This document shows, piece by piece, positions 37,031-47,562 of a DNA stretch of 64,000 nt. Made by a program: the position numbers and the translations under genes. How positions within the stretch are numbered: position 1 is the stretch's first letter; each line of letters opens with the position of its first letter. The notes beneath the pieces were generated by a model that ran no database searches, had not been told where the DNA came from, and saw nothing but the letters and a program-made list of their open reading frames with translations. The DNA is from a virus, in IMG/VR virus record IMGVR_UViG_3300025131_011243, positions 32,001 to 96,000 of that record; one strand, given 5' to 3'.

Positions 37031-38361
37031 TTTTTTTTTGACCCTTGAGCCTCTTTCCAGTTGAACGGTTCCCCGCTGGTTTGAGGACCATAGCCTCGCT
37101 CATCCTTTTCTCTCATGTCTTCGAGACGAGCTTCAGTTGAGGCGTATTCGGCCAAATAGGGCCTGCGACGTTGCCCAGGCTTGAGTTGAATATTATTAGT
37201 TTCAGGTATGTTCTTATCAGTTTCGAAACGTTTCTGAATGTATCCGCCAACCCATTCGCCGCTTTTATTACGATATGGGCGGCTATACTTATCCATGATC
37301 GTGGAACGCCAGATGTTTTCCCAGTCAATGTTCCAGACATCATCAACAACAAGACCAAAGCCTTTGTTACGTTCAATGATATGCCAATCGGAAACAGGCT
37401 GACGAAGGAACGGATCGATCTTAGTCTGACCTGGTCCCCATAGGAAAGCGTTGTCCAAAGTCTTATGTTGAGCGGTCTTGCTCAAGTTGAACGACTTAGG
37501 CGAATCCGGCTTATGCTTGTTCACCATGTCTTGAGCAATTTTCTTAATTGTGTCGTTTGGTGTTTGCATGGTTACTTTCTCTCGCATTTCAAAAGTGTCT
37601 CTATCGTTAGGTTGCTGTACTTTCAATGATTCTGCCAAGGCGTAGTCATACACTGCTTGGGCGATACGCATTCTATCTTCTGAAGATTCTGGATCCGACG
37701 CCCAATATTTATCCAACAACGTACCCAGTACATCGGTCTTATTATGTGTCTCACCTTCCATTTCGACGATTTCTTCTGGTCCGATTGGATCAAGCAAAGC
37801 ATTTTTCGCATCTTCCGGATCTTGGCTTTTCCCTTCAAGCCAATCTCTAAGCTCGCTGGAATCATTAAACGCTACCGGCTCTTCTTGTATAAACTGGTCT
37901 TGTGCTAGTCCCTTTTCTGATTGCAATCCTTGCATTTCTATCTCATCTCCACCACCATAGTAGGGATCTACTTCATGAGCCTGCTTCAGGTTGAATGACT
38001 TTCTTGATGCCGTTGCCGCTGGCTGCATAGGTTGTATTGGAACTATTTGTTCCACATCTCCTTGTTGAATATTTTGAGCATTCACAAACTGCTGTACTGC
38101 CTGCACGATAAACTGCTCATACTTAACCGGATTCGTCGTCACTCCTGGAGGAGCACTGTCCAAAAGTTCTCTAATATTTTCAACTATGTTTTGTACATCT
38201 GATGGTGTTATCGTCGCCTGCATTTGGGACCCAAGGGTCCTAACTTTTTCAGCAATATACTTGGGATCGAACGGGCCTGTAGCCGGTGTCTGCCCTGGCA
38301 TTGTTGCAGGGTTTACATTCGAAGGAGCTACATATCCAGTTTTCGTCCCATAGGTTTTCAT
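37021..38361 (-). CDS. Head-module protein with repeated FNL(S)KxA motifs
   Basis: FNLKQAH, FNLSKTAQ, FNWKEAQ. Confidence 0.75.
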   Translation of the reverse strand: MKTYGTKTGYVAPSNVNPATMPGQTPATGPFDPKYIAEKVRTLGSQMQATITPSDVQNIVENIRELLDSAPPGVTTNPVKYEQFIVQAVQQFVNAQNIQQGDVEQIVPIQPMQPAATASRKSFNLKQAHEVDPYYGGGDEIEMQGLQSEKGLAQDQFIQEEPVAFNDSSELRDWLEGKSQDPEDAKNALLDPIGPEEIVEMEGETHNKTDVLGTLLDKYWASDPESSEDRMRIAQAVYDYALAESLKVQQPNDRDTFEMREKVTMQTPNDTIKKIAQDMVNKHKPDSPKSFNLSKTAQHKTLDNAFLWGPGQTKIDPFLRQPVSDWHIIERNKGFGLVVDDVWNIDWENIWRSTIMDKYSRPYRNKSGEWVGGYIQKRFETDKNIPETNNIQLKPGQRRRPYLAEYASTEARLEDMREKDERGYGPQTSGEPFNWKEAQGSKKKVS

Positions 38362-39155
38362 TTATCCTCCTGTCCAACGAGTCCGTCGAACAGTTGACTA
38401 GTCATACCTTTTGTCGTTACAGGACCGCTTGCCATTCTGTCCTTTTTACCACGCTGTTCTCGTCTCGCATCAACCGCAAGTTCTCCTTCAGTCTTTTCTG
38501 GAACTTCGTTAAAGTCCATGTTGCCAGCCAATACATCAAATACGCTGATCTGAGATGGGCCGGTTCTACGACTTTCCTTACCAAGAGCAGGACTGGCGGG
38601 AGCGATGCTGGATGGATTGCGAACATCAGTCGAAGCTTCAATTTCGCTGATTTCGTTTTGCTCTTTCACCTTTGCTTCTGCCCTGCGATCCTCAATCTTC
38701 CTCTTGCTGTCTTCGACCTGTTCTTTACTGGTTGGCTGTTCGGCCAGACGCTGTAGTTGTCCAGAGTCCCAGATCGAGTTGCCAAGACCGACGCCCATCT
38801 CTCTTTTGGTTTCGCCATAGTGAGAGACGTTGCCGTCGTTGATTCTGCCAATGCTAGAAGCTTGAGACATGGCATTTTGATGACCGGAGCTTTGATCGAA
38901 ACGATGAGGTCTTTGCGATTCCGCATCGGTTTCAGGACTGGCCTTCTTATCAGGAGCGGGAACTTCATTATCCAGGAATGGAATCATATTCTCCATAGCT
39001 GCTTTATGAGGATTTCCCGTCCTCTGAGGAACAAGGTCAATCTTTTCAGGTGGTCGGGCGTTATATTTCTCGTCGATGGATTTCACCTCTTCGGCGAGTT
39101 TTTCGTAATCGGCTTCTAGGAATCCGATCTTTTTCTCTCCAGATGTTCTATGCAT
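38358..39155 (-). CDS. Hypothetical protein
   Basis: ORF with overlaps at both ends. Confidence 0.7.
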   Translation of the reverse strand: MHRTSGEKKIGFLEADYEKLAEEVKSIDEKYNARPPEKIDLVPQRTGNPHKAAMENMIPFLDNEVPAPDKKASPETDAESQRPHRFDQSSGHQNAMSQASSIGRINDGNVSHYGETKREMGVGLGNSIWDSGQLQRLAEQPTSKEQVEDSKRKIEDRRAEAKVKEQNEISEIEASTDVRNPSSIAPASPALGKESRRTGPSQISVFDVLAGNMDFNEVPEKTEGELAVDARREQRGKKDRMASGPVTTKGMTSQLFDGLVGQEDK

Positions 39156-39813
39156 GTTTTTCTCCCAGCGATTTGAGTATTTTGATGATCATTTGGCTCT
39201 TATTCTCCTTGATCATCTCTTTGAAGGAAGCGGCTTCAAGCTTTAGGCTGTTGTCGCTACCCTTTGGGGTGCCATATACCTCATCGAGCACATCTTGCTG
39301 AACAAGCTGTTCCTCATCTTGAGGATTCGATGATGTGAAGTCGAGTTCCACCTCTTTATTAGATCGACGGAATTTGAGAAAGTGCATTCCTGCGGTTGAC
39401 TCAATGCCTTTAACTAGCCCTTTGAGTTTACTTTTAGGAATGGATTCTCCCGTATTTCCCATAGAGTCGGGAATCTTAACCTTGATGGTAGATTCCCCGT
39501 CTGCCGATCCTTCTTCAGTTACAAATTGAGACTTGAATTCATGAAGACGTCTTGGTTCAAATCCCATCTGAGTAAGAAAGTCAAACACGACCTTAGTAAT
39601 ATTGACATCTCCCGGCTCTTCAGCTTCTTCCTCACGTAACTCATGATCAACCTCATTACTGAGTTGATCTAGTTCAACAGCATCGGTATCCTCGGCAACA
39701 CCAACCCCGCCTTCGCCATCGTAGGGGACAGCTTCCTGCTGGGGTTGAACCATAGGATCGTTGAATTGCTGAGCGAACACCGAACGCAGTTTACCGCTGG
39801 GGACGATAGCCAT
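39148..39813 (-). CDS. Hypothetical acidic protein
   Basis: ORF; GGAG RBS. Confidence 0.7.
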   Translation of the reverse strand: MAIVPSGKLRSVFAQQFNDPMVQPQQEAVPYDGEGGVGVAEDTDAVELDQLSNEVDHELREEEAEEPGDVNITKVVFDFLTQMGFEPRRLHEFKSQFVTEEGSADGESTIKVKIPDSMGNTGESIPKSKLKGLVKGIESTAGMHFLKFRRSNKEVELDFTSSNPQDEEQLVQQDVLDEVYGTPKGSDNSLKLEAASFKEMIKENKSQMIIKILKSLGEKHA

Positions 39814-39840
39814 AGTTTATCTCCGAAAGACGTAGGACAA

Positions 39841-40515
39841 TTATTTGTCTTGCAACATTGCGTCTACGTAAGCATCAGGATACAGTTGACCCCAATACGT
39901 TCGAAGTCTGGTCTCCTCCTCATCGGTAAGGTTGGCGATCTTCTTGAAGCGTCCTGAGGACAGCTTCTTCTGATCATCAGCCTCTTCATCGATGCAATCA
40001 GTACCAGGGCCTTGGACTAGCTTTTCTTCAGCCTTGGACTGACCGTTGTCCGGACCTTCTTCGTCTTCCTTCGAATCGGCTTCCTTGACTTCAGCTTCTG
40101 CTTCGGCTTCACAAGGCTTGCAAGCCTTGCCGCACTCCTTGCAGTTGCCGTTGCCGTCTTCTTTTGCGTCATCGCAGGTGCAGCCAGAAGCTTCTTCGTC
40201 TTCGTCATCGTCTTTCTTCTCTTCGTCATCTTTTTTACCGAAGAGTTCTGCCTGATTGCCGCCGAAGTTTTCGACGCCAGCAGCTTCCTTTTCCTTATGG
40301 GGCTTAGGTGTAGACTCGCCCTCTTGGTGGAGGGGCTCTACATCAAGCTGACCACTGGAATCGGCCTCATCATCTTCAGCGGCTTGCTTAGGATGGTCAT
40401 TGGCCTGAGCGGTTTTGACTTCTTGCTTCGGTTGGGTAAGCTTTTCAACGTAATCGTTGAATGAAATACCCTTTCCAACGTGGATCGAGTTCGTAACGAA
40501 CTTGGGTAGCGACAT
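39841..40515 (-). CDS. Highly acidic hypothetical protein with Cys cluster
   Basis: KTAQ, KQAA, KEAA, KKIAN motifs; AGGAG RBS. Confidence 0.7.
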   Translation of the reverse strand: MSLPKFVTNSIHVGKGISFNDYVEKLTQPKQEVKTAQANDHPKQAAEDDEADSSGQLDVEPLHQEGESTPKPHKEKEAAGVENFGGNQAELFGKKDDEEKKDDDEDEEASGCTCDDAKEDGNGNCKECGKACKPCEAEAEAEVKEADSKEDEEGPDNGQSKAEEKLVQGPGTDCIDEEADDQKKLSSGRFKKIANLTDEEETRLRTYWGQLYPDAYVDAMLQDK

Positions 40516-40573
40516 ATCTCTTTCTCCTATTGAAAGAAAAGAACTTTACATAAGTTCTGTTTATTTATGGAGT

Positions 40574-42472
40574 CTATACCGAAACTCCTTTGACTTTTTT
40601 AAGGAATTTTGCAGCAGAAACCTTTTTACGAAGATCCTGAGTGCTTGCTACAACCTCTTGATCGGAAAATTGGGTTCGATATCTTTTGCCGGTTTCCTCT
40701 TCGGCTGGAGCACCCTGCATCATCCCTAATATTTGATCTTTTAACGTAAGCAAAATAGGGCCACACAACCCCTTCTTTGCGGGATCTGAGCAAAAATCTT
40801 GTAACACTTTAACAAAACTTCCTCCAAACTGTTTGGGATTTCTCACCAGTTCCCTAGTCATTAATTTTTCAATACCTTCATTAGGGCTCTTCTTATCTTC
40901 CTCGACAACTTGCTGTTGCTCAGCATCAGGATTCCCGTCATTATCGTCATCTACGTCAGTGGCGTTAGGAACTCCATCTCCGTCTGGGTCTGCTTGAGGA
41001 TCGGTAGCCGGATCTGCCGCCTGCGGACCAGCAGCCTGAATACCAAGTCCCTGCTTAAGAATAAGTGACGCTTCCGGGTCTTGCATCAACATTTTTACTC
41101 TCTTGTAAACCAGATCTAAGAATTGCTTCTTAGTAGTGTTGTCAAGACCTGGAGTATTAAAAAGACCGTTAAGATCAATAGCCGCTGTCTTGGTGTAATG
41201 TGTATTGAAACTTGCAGTTGCAGGTACTGATAGTTTTTGCACAAATTGGTTTTTGATAGCTTCGGGTTGAGCATTGATAAAAGCAACCAAAGTTCCGGCA
41301 TCAGCTTGATTAATCTGTGCCATTTCTGACTGACCGAGTCCACCACTTGCAGGACCTTTTTGTTTCTCCTGATCCCCCTCTCCCTGAGGAGCACCTTCTG
41401 GAGCAGCCTGAGGAGCTTGCGACTCTTCCTGTTGTATTTGAGGTAAAGCAGAACTGATTGAAGTTACGAGTTGATTCAAGATTTTCTTTCGAAGATTTCC
41501 GCTTCCTATTTGATTTGTAACTTGGGTATTAGATGCCTGTTGCATAACGCCGGAAACTTGATTAAAAAGTTTCTTTGCACCTTCACTTGCTCCCAAAAAA
41601 CCACTACTGTTTGCAGAAGCATATAAATCAGTAAATTCTGTTTGAAGATCCTGCATCGTTTTGTTAAATGTTGCAGCAAGTGTATGATTCAATGTCTGAT
41701 CAACTTGACCATTAGCACCAACTAACTGGTCGTATTCAGAAAGACGTTGCTGCAAAACAGACACAGTATTCTGGAGACGATTTGCTATGTATCCTTTTTT
41801 GCCTCTGACCTTATTGGCCATATCTTTGACGCCGCCCCAAAAACCCTTATCTCTTCCAGTCTGAGCTTCATGAACAAGATGATTAGCGATATCAACTGCC
41901 TTCGCACTCATCTGTTCTTGACCAGCTTCTTTAAGGCTTTCAGCAACATGCATCATGCGATCTGCATTATCGATCAAAGCGACGGAATATCGTTCCATGC
42001 CCTCTTGTAAAGATTCGTGTACCGCATTTTCAAAAGGCATGCCCGCATCAACGTTCTTAGCAACTGCATATCTAAACACCTGCTCTTCATGATCAACCAT
42101 CTCTTTGTTTTCAGCAGTCTTGACAAAAGAGTTCTCGTCCGCATACTTGTTCCATGCGGCATCATCGTTGTTGATAGCTTCCGTATATTCTGCTTGGCAT
42201 TCCCACCAAATGTCATGCACAGGTCGCTTGGGTTCACTCGCCCGTTTCTGACGATAACAATTCTGCCAGCATCGGCTGTTGCGAATCCAATATCCTTGAG
42301 CACCAACGTATTGGGCCTTCTTAACCCAAAGTGTTCTCTCGGCGACCTTGTCTACATTAGCCGCAAGCTTGGAAAGAGAAGCTCCCTCCATCTCGTTGGC
42401 TAGTTGCGACAATTCTTGAATAACATTTTCCATTACGGTTCCCCTGTCATTTGACGGCAAACTTAGGTTCAA
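40574..42472 (-). CDS. Large hypothetical head-module protein
   Basis: CWQNCYR..WWECQ; DPDGDGVPNATDVDDDNDG Ca-binding-like repeat; start may be MENVIQ. Confidence 0.7.
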   Translation of the reverse strand: MNLSLPSNDRGTVMENVIQELSQLANEMEGASLSKLAANVDKVAERTLWVKKAQYVGAQGYWIRNSRCWQNCYRQKRASEPKRPVHDIWWECQAEYTEAINNDDAAWNKYADENSFVKTAENKEMVDHEEQVFRYAVAKNVDAGMPFENAVHESLQEGMERYSVALIDNADRMMHVAESLKEAGQEQMSAKAVDIANHLVHEAQTGRDKGFWGGVKDMANKVRGKKGYIANRLQNTVSVLQQRLSEYDQLVGANGQVDQTLNHTLAATFNKTMQDLQTEFTDLYASANSSGFLGASEGAKKLFNQVSGVMQQASNTQVTNQIGSGNLRKKILNQLVTSISSALPQIQQEESQAPQAAPEGAPQGEGDQEKQKGPASGGLGQSEMAQINQADAGTLVAFINAQPEAIKNQFVQKLSVPATASFNTHYTKTAAIDLNGLFNTPGLDNTTKKQFLDLVYKRVKMLMQDPEASLILKQGLGIQAAGPQAADPATDPQADPDGDGVPNATDVDDDNDGNPDAEQQQVVEEDKKSPNEGIEKLMTRELVRNPKQFGGSFVKVLQDFCSDPAKKGLCGPILLTLKDQILGMMQGAPAEEETGKRYRTQFSDQEVVASTQDLRKKVSAAKFLKKVKGVSV

Positions 42473-43016
42473 ACCTGTCGCCCATAAACATGTGGTACAT
42501 TATGTTCGGGACGATGAAGGCTCTAATATCTCCTACCGTTCTATCAAACGTAACCAAAATCTGGTTACCTGTCGTTTTTGCAAAAAACTCTCCATGCGGT
42601 TCTACTTCTCTTTCTACCGTCACTCCACCCTTCGTTTGGTAGTAGATCCTGACGGCTTCCTGATTCTGTTCTGCCCAAGCAATTGCTTCGGCAGAGTTTT
42701 CAAAATCTGGATAGTCTTTATCAGCTTCTGGTACGTCGGCTTCCGGGTCATGTGCCGGAACGGGTTCTTCGATGGGTGGCGTCTCTATCGTTGCTTCTGG
42801 AACTTCTTGTATATCCGGGAGTTCTTCTTCTCCCAAATTGTCTTCTAACACTTCGTCAAATTGGTCTTTACGAAAAATGGGTAGTTTTTCGTTCAACCAG
42901 TTGAAAAAACGAGACGATTTGTCTTTAAGCCAATCCTTTATCTGGGATTGCTTCTCCAAACGGCTCGCTAATCTAGCGACATCTCCTACATATCCGTGCG
43001 TATAAAACGTCCTCAT
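42447..43016 (-). CDS. Protein with C-terminal WYL-like domain
   Basis: VRIYYQTKGG...REVEPH...LVTFD....IRAFIV.NI. Confidence 0.6.
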   Translation of the reverse strand: MRTFYTHGYVGDVARLASRLEKQSQIKDWLKDKSSRFFNWLNEKLPIFRKDQFDEVLEDNLGEEELPDIQEVPEATIETPPIEEPVPAHDPEADVPEADKDYPDFENSAEAIAWAEQNQEAVRIYYQTKGGVTVEREVEPHGEFFAKTTGNQILVTFDRTVGDIRAFIVPNIMYHMFMGDRFEPKFAVK

Positions 43017-43054
43017 CTAACTCTATCACCCTTAAGCTTATAGGAAACGTATCG

Positions 43055-43429
43055 CTATTCCTTCTTTTTGAAGTTCAAAGTGCCTTTCTTATTCTCCTTA
43101 TTTACTTCTCCCAACTCGACCGCATCGCCTGCTTTTATGCCATGACGTTCAAAGAATCCTTGATTGGCTTCAATCGCAGCATGACAGGGATGGTCGCTGG
43201 ATACAGTTCTTTTGTCGAATCGATCTATCTTGGATATCTTCTGGATCTTCCCGCTTTCGCCGATAAAGGCGATATCCAAGGGGATATAAGTGTTCATTCC
43301 CCAGAAGTTAAGGACCTGAGCGCCGCCGAATACGAACAGCATACCCTCATCGTTTGCCAACGATTGACGGTACATTAAACCCCTCTCTTGGCTTGACGGA
43401 GTGTTCGCTATTTCGACCTTCAATTTCAT
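43055..43429 (-). CDS. DUF192 family protein
   Basis: VEIANTP...RGLMYR, GMLFVF, MNTYIPLDIAFI. Confidence 0.9.
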   Translation of the reverse strand: MKLKVEIANTPSSQERGLMYRQSLANDEGMLFVFGGAQVLNFWGMNTYIPLDIAFIGESGKIQKISKIDRFDKRTVSSDHPCHAAIEANQGFFERHGIKAGDAVELGEVNKENKKGTLNFKKKE

Positions 43430-43839
43430 CCTGCCACCTCATGTCGAAAACCTTTTCTACTCATGTTGTAAGTAAGATCTTCTAGTTCGTCTTCCGGAAC
43501 GATGAAATACATTGCTGCATCAGAGCTTCTAACATCGTCTAAAACCGCTCTCGTATTGTTGTAGTTCTGATACTCTTCGAACCATTGATTGATTTCATTC
43601 ATATTGCTTTTCGGTACGGTTTTTACTTCGTACAGGTCTTCGACTGTTGGCATCATGCGATAGTTGCGAGTATAGGGATCAAACATGTACTTCATTTTTA
43701 TCTGACCACCTCTGAATCGCCACATGCGTTTGATTTCAGAATCGTAATATGACAGGTCTCTCTCTACACGTTCCTTAACTCTATTGTTAGACGAATCCAC
43801 ATGGACTACAACATCTATCATTTGAATTGCCCCCACCAA
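43426..43839 (-). CDS. Hypothetical protein
   Basis: ORF in operon. Confidence 0.65.
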   Translation of the reverse strand: MVGAIQMIDVVVHVDSSNNRVKERVERDLSYYDSEIKRMWRFRGGQIKMKYMFDPYTRNYRMMPTVEDLYEVKTVPKSNMNEINQWFEEYQNYNNTRAVLDDVRSSDAAMYFIVPEDELEDLTYNMSRKGFRHEVAG

Positions 43840-44252
43840 AGATCTTCAGTTTTTTGAGCGATCTTTGCCTTTTTGACGGTCTTGATCTTGGTGTTAGCCA
43901 ACGCCTGTTGGAAGTTGACTTCAACCTGGATCTTGTCTAAAGAAGAAGAGTCGTCACCTAAGATCATAACTTTGATGACATCAGTTCCCTTCTTGGTTAT
44001 TTCAATACGATCACCAATAGCCCGAACAAGATCCGCTTTCTCCAATGACTCAACATCGGATGCGGAGACTGTTACAGGACGACGATACGACTTTTCGCTA
44101 ATGCGATTGTTTTCATCTCTCCATATGGAAAATAGCTTGCGAGCAGTTGACTGGGGTACGGTTTCTTTCTGATGTATTTGAAACATGACGCCAGGCATTT
44201 GCGGCAAAAGATAATCGATCAATGATTGTGCATGTTTTTTCATAGGACGCAT
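43818..44252 (-). CDS. Hypothetical protein (MKKHAQ)
   Basis: ORF in operon. Confidence 0.65.
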   Translation of the reverse strand: MRPMKKHAQSLIDYLLPQMPGVMFQIHQKETVPQSTARKLFSIWRDENNRISEKSYRRPVTVSASDVESLEKADLVRAIGDRIEITKKGTDVIKVMILGDDSSSLDKIQVEVNFQQALANTKIKTVKKAKIAQKTEDLWWGQFK

Positions 44253-44254
44253 AG

Positions 44255-44360
44255 TTAATTCCCCGTAAGCAATTTTCTTTCTGCGTATGGAGATTCGTTT
44301 CCTCTGTCATACCAACTAAACGACTCGTTCCTTAACTCTCTCCAATAATGGCATTCGCCA
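44255..44360 (-). repeat. Diverged direct repeat of the 3' end of gene 45163..45942
   Basis: GECHYWRELRNESFSWYDRGNESPYAERKLLTGN* vs GEGHYWRELRNEPFSWYDRASESPYAERKLLTGN*. Confidence 0.9.
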
Positions 44361-45092
44361 TTAACCGTCATCGAACTCCATATCATTGTCTTTACTTCTA
44401 TCTTCGTGCAACCAATTCCTGTCCATTTCCCATCCGTCAATATGCTTTTCTAAATAATGCAGATGTTTATGGCAATTACCACACAGCACAACACACTTAT
44501 TGATTTCTCTTAGAATAGCCGTCCAACCATAACCTTGATTTACAGAATTTGCTATCCCGAACTTCTTCTGAGATGGATCAATATGATGAAATTCCAAGCA
44601 GAACCATCTTATTTCTCCACACTTTTGACAACAGGCAGACTTCTTATATTCGATGATTTGCATCCTCTTTTGCTTCTTCCTGAACCTGTCCTTCTCGTTA
44701 ACTTTACTGCGATTATTCTTTCTGTATCTTTTGCTTGTTTCTGCTTCACGCTTTTTGTTGCGTTTTTTGTGGTTCCTGCTATAGTACCTTTTGTTGGTCA
44801 GCCTACTGCGACGGCGTTTTTCCTTTTCCACGCATTCTTCTTGGCTACAACATTGTGCTTTATATAGTTTGCTAAAAGCATGCTTGGCACCGCAATGTCT
44901 ACAAGTACATCTTTGATCGTATCTATCTTGCTGCTTCTTGTGTTGGTCGGCTTTTCTCCATAACTTAAAACAGTCATCACTACAGTAAATCCTGTGCTTA
45001 TGACTACTTATAAACTCTTTCTTACAATACTTACACTCCCTGTGTCCATCCTTAACAGACATAAAACAACCCTCCAAATATAGATTACACAC
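44361..45092 (-). mobile_element. Free-standing HNH homing endonuclease
   Basis: CQKCG...LEFHHIDP...EINKCVVLCGNCHKHLH; N-terminal zinc fingers. Confidence 0.85.
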
Positions 45093-45162
45093 AATCTAAT
45101 TCGAAGGGCATCCGAAAAACACCTCTTTATTTTAAGCATAATTTTTGAACTATTTTGGATAA

Positions 45163-45942
45163 TCAATTTCCCGTAAGTAACTTTCTTTCTGCATACGGGG
45201 ACTCTGAAGCCCTGTCATACCAACTAAATGGCTCATTCCTTAACTCTCTCCAATAATGCCCTTCACCTGTCCTTCCGTCATTGTTATAGTTCTCAAGACC
45301 TCTTCGATACCTACGTTGACGACGAATGTCTCTGTCTCTACCTCTTACTTCTTCATCGATAGACGACCATGGAAATGTTCTTTCCAACAAAGGCAAATCA
45401 AGGTTAGCCCAAGGGCCGGAAATCCCCCTAGCCATTTTTATGTTCATGCGATCAATAAGACGAGGACCAAGACTTGCGAATCTCAAAAGCTTGATAACAT
45501 ATTGAAGGCGACAGATGGATCTAAAAATCCAGTCGATAGATATCTTGTAATTAGGAACAGAATGAATAGTGTAATTTGGGTAAACCGATATGTCTTGATT
45601 CAATGCGTCTTGTACAAGATTGGTTAGAACCGAATCGTCAAGATCTTCAAACATCCTGCTCATTTTGGCAAGATCTTTCAGAGCGCACACAAACATGGTG
45701 GTTGAGCCAGCGTCTGAGACGTTGTCTCCCCGATCTTGGAGAACCTCAGACATCTCGCCCCATAGTTCTCCGAACAGTTTTTTCCTGATTGTAATTTGCC
45801 CTTGGATTTGCTTAGCAGCGGGAATGACGGGCGCAGTCTCTAACTGACCATCCTTGTTTTTGAATTGACAAGTCTTGGAATCAATCAGGCGAATGCCATA
45901 GAAAGCAAGTTCTTTCTTTAGGGTATCCCAAACTTCAGCCAT
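45163..45942 (-). CDS. Hypothetical protein
   Basis: ORF; KMARGISG. Confidence 0.7.
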   Translation of the reverse strand: MAEVWDTLKKELAFYGIRLIDSKTCQFKNKDGQLETAPVIPAAKQIQGQITIRKKLFGELWGEMSEVLQDRGDNVSDAGSTTMFVCALKDLAKMSRMFEDLDDSVLTNLVQDALNQDISVYPNYTIHSVPNYKISIDWIFRSICRLQYVIKLLRFASLGPRLIDRMNIKMARGISGPWANLDLPLLERTFPWSSIDEEVRGRDRDIRRQRRYRRGLENYNNDGRTGEGHYWRELRNEPFSWYDRASESPYAERKLLTGN

Positions 45943-46970
45943 TATTCAATTTCGCTGTTGTTCTTGGCGAGACGAGAGTGCTGAGATAATCTTTCTGCAT
46001 CCTGCTCGTGGTCAACAAACGAAATAGCATCAGGGTCGGCAAGCCCGGTATCGATCATATCGATTGGACCAGACTCGTTCGGTAACTCTACTAAAACTTC
46101 ACCGCCATCAGCGGTAGGAGCAGGTCGTCTTCGCCCAACAGGCGATAATCCTTTCGCCTTTGGTTTCGATTTTTCAGAAGCTGCTACCTTTGTTGTTTTC
46201 TTAAAGACTTTTTTTTTGACTGGTCCTGATTTCTTCTTCTTAGCCTTTGGACCGGGCTTTTTCTTGGGTCCAGGCTTCTTGCCCGACTTCTTCCTTCGTG
46301 ATTTGATTGTCTTCTTCGGACTCTCTTCTTCGGGTTCTTCGGTAAAATCGATATCACCTACCTTGATACCCTCAACTGAAGATTTGACGAATCCTTCATC
46401 TTGACGATTTGTTTGCTGCCCCGTAGCTTCCATGCTCTCGTCAATATCCAGATTCTTTCTGTGATGGGGATCCCATGACTGCATCGTGGTCTCCAGATCT
46501 TTCTCATCAGATTCAACCGGCTCTACATTCTTGACGTTTGTCTTTTTCTTACCTTCTTTGGGGGCGGGGGCCTCTTCAGCTTCTACTTCCGCCTCTTCAA
46601 CCTGAGGAACGCCTTCGGCGTCATAGACAACGACCAAGTTCCGTTCGATAGCTTGCTGAAGATGGTCGTCATGAAGCAAGTCTGAAGTGATGTATCCTGA
46701 CGAGCCTGTAGTGATGTTAAGTCCGACACTACCAATAGAGATGGGACCTCCGCTGGTATTGCTTACTCTGTGAACGATCTTGGATGGGGGCTTAACTTCC
46801 GGAGCTTTGCCTACGAGTTTCAAAAGGCCCTTCTTGATAGCCATTTGGACATCGTCTGTATAAAACTCTTCATCGCTAACATCAACCTCTGTCTTGGCGA
46901 CAAGATTGCGAGGAATAGAGGGGAGCATAAGCTCTCCCTTGAAGGATTCCGGTACTCTAAGTTTAGGCAT
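45942..46970 (-). CDS. Hypothetical protein with Lys-rich segment
   Basis: KKPGPKKKPGPK. Confidence 0.7.
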   Translation of the reverse strand: MPKLRVPESFKGELMLPSIPRNLVAKTEVDVSDEEFYTDDVQMAIKKGLLKLVGKAPEVKPPSKIVHRVSNTSGGPISIGSVGLNITTGSSGYITSDLLHDDHLQQAIERNLVVVYDAEGVPQVEEAEVEAEEAPAPKEGKKKTNVKNVEPVESDEKDLETTMQSWDPHHRKNLDIDESMEATGQQTNRQDEGFVKSSVEGIKVGDIDFTEEPEEESPKKTIKSRRKKSGKKPGPKKKPGPKAKKKKSGPVKKKVFKKTTKVAASEKSKPKAKGLSPVGRRRPAPTADGGEVLVELPNESGPIDMIDTGLADPDAISFVDHEQDAERLSQHSRLAKNNSEIE

Positions 46971-46983
46971 GGTATTTTACCCT

Positions 46984-47559
46984 CTAAAGTTGACTTTGGA
47001 CTCTGCCAAATATATCGACAGATTTACCCCGATTTCGCCTGTGAACTCTGCTGGCCGCAGATTGCTCACTAAGGTCGCCTCGGGGGCTCACTCCTCGGTC
47101 CAAGTCTCTTTGAGGATTTTGGTCATTAGCATCAGCCAACCAATTGCTGTCAATTCCTTCTTCTGAAACATTTTGATCGCCTTCATATTCTCTGAATATT
47201 TCTCTTTTATTCTTCTGCTGCTCTTTTCTATTATCCAAATCTGTTTCTGTTCCGTAAAAGTCTCCACCTACAACAGAGTCATCACGATCTTTAGGGCCAA
47301 ATGCACTCTCTCCCATACCCCCTTCATCGCCTGGTCTGACTCGATGGAGATTCTTCTCCTTATACGGGTCAGTACGGTTGGGGCTATCGGGATCATCTAT
47401 CGTAGGAGTAAGAGTTCCTCGATAGGATATTTTCATGATTGAGCCACCGCATAGAGAGCAGCCTTTGGATGCTAATCTGAAGTTGGTTTCACGACCACAA
47501 TGATCACAAATGAATGCAACCTGATTATCGAATTGATTCAGATTGAATGTTTGCGACAA
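46984..47559 (-). CDS. Zinc-ribbon protein (MSQTFNLNQF)
   Basis: CDHC...CSLC. Confidence 0.65.
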   Translation of the reverse strand: MSQTFNLNQFDNQVAFICDHCGRETNFRLASKGCSLCGGSIMKISYRGTLTPTIDDPDSPNRTDPYKEKNLHRVRPGDEGGMGESAFGPKDRDDSVVGGDFYGTETDLDNRKEQQKNKREIFREYEGDQNVSEEGIDSNWLADANDQNPQRDLDRGVSPRGDLSEQSAASRVHRRNRGKSVDIFGRVQSQL

Positions 47560-47562
47560 TTG

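Noticed and set aside
44255-45268. Diversity-generating retroelement TR/VR pair
   Set aside because: Differences are not adenine-specific and are mostly synonymous, there is no reverse transcriptase in the window, and an HNH gene between the copies explains them.
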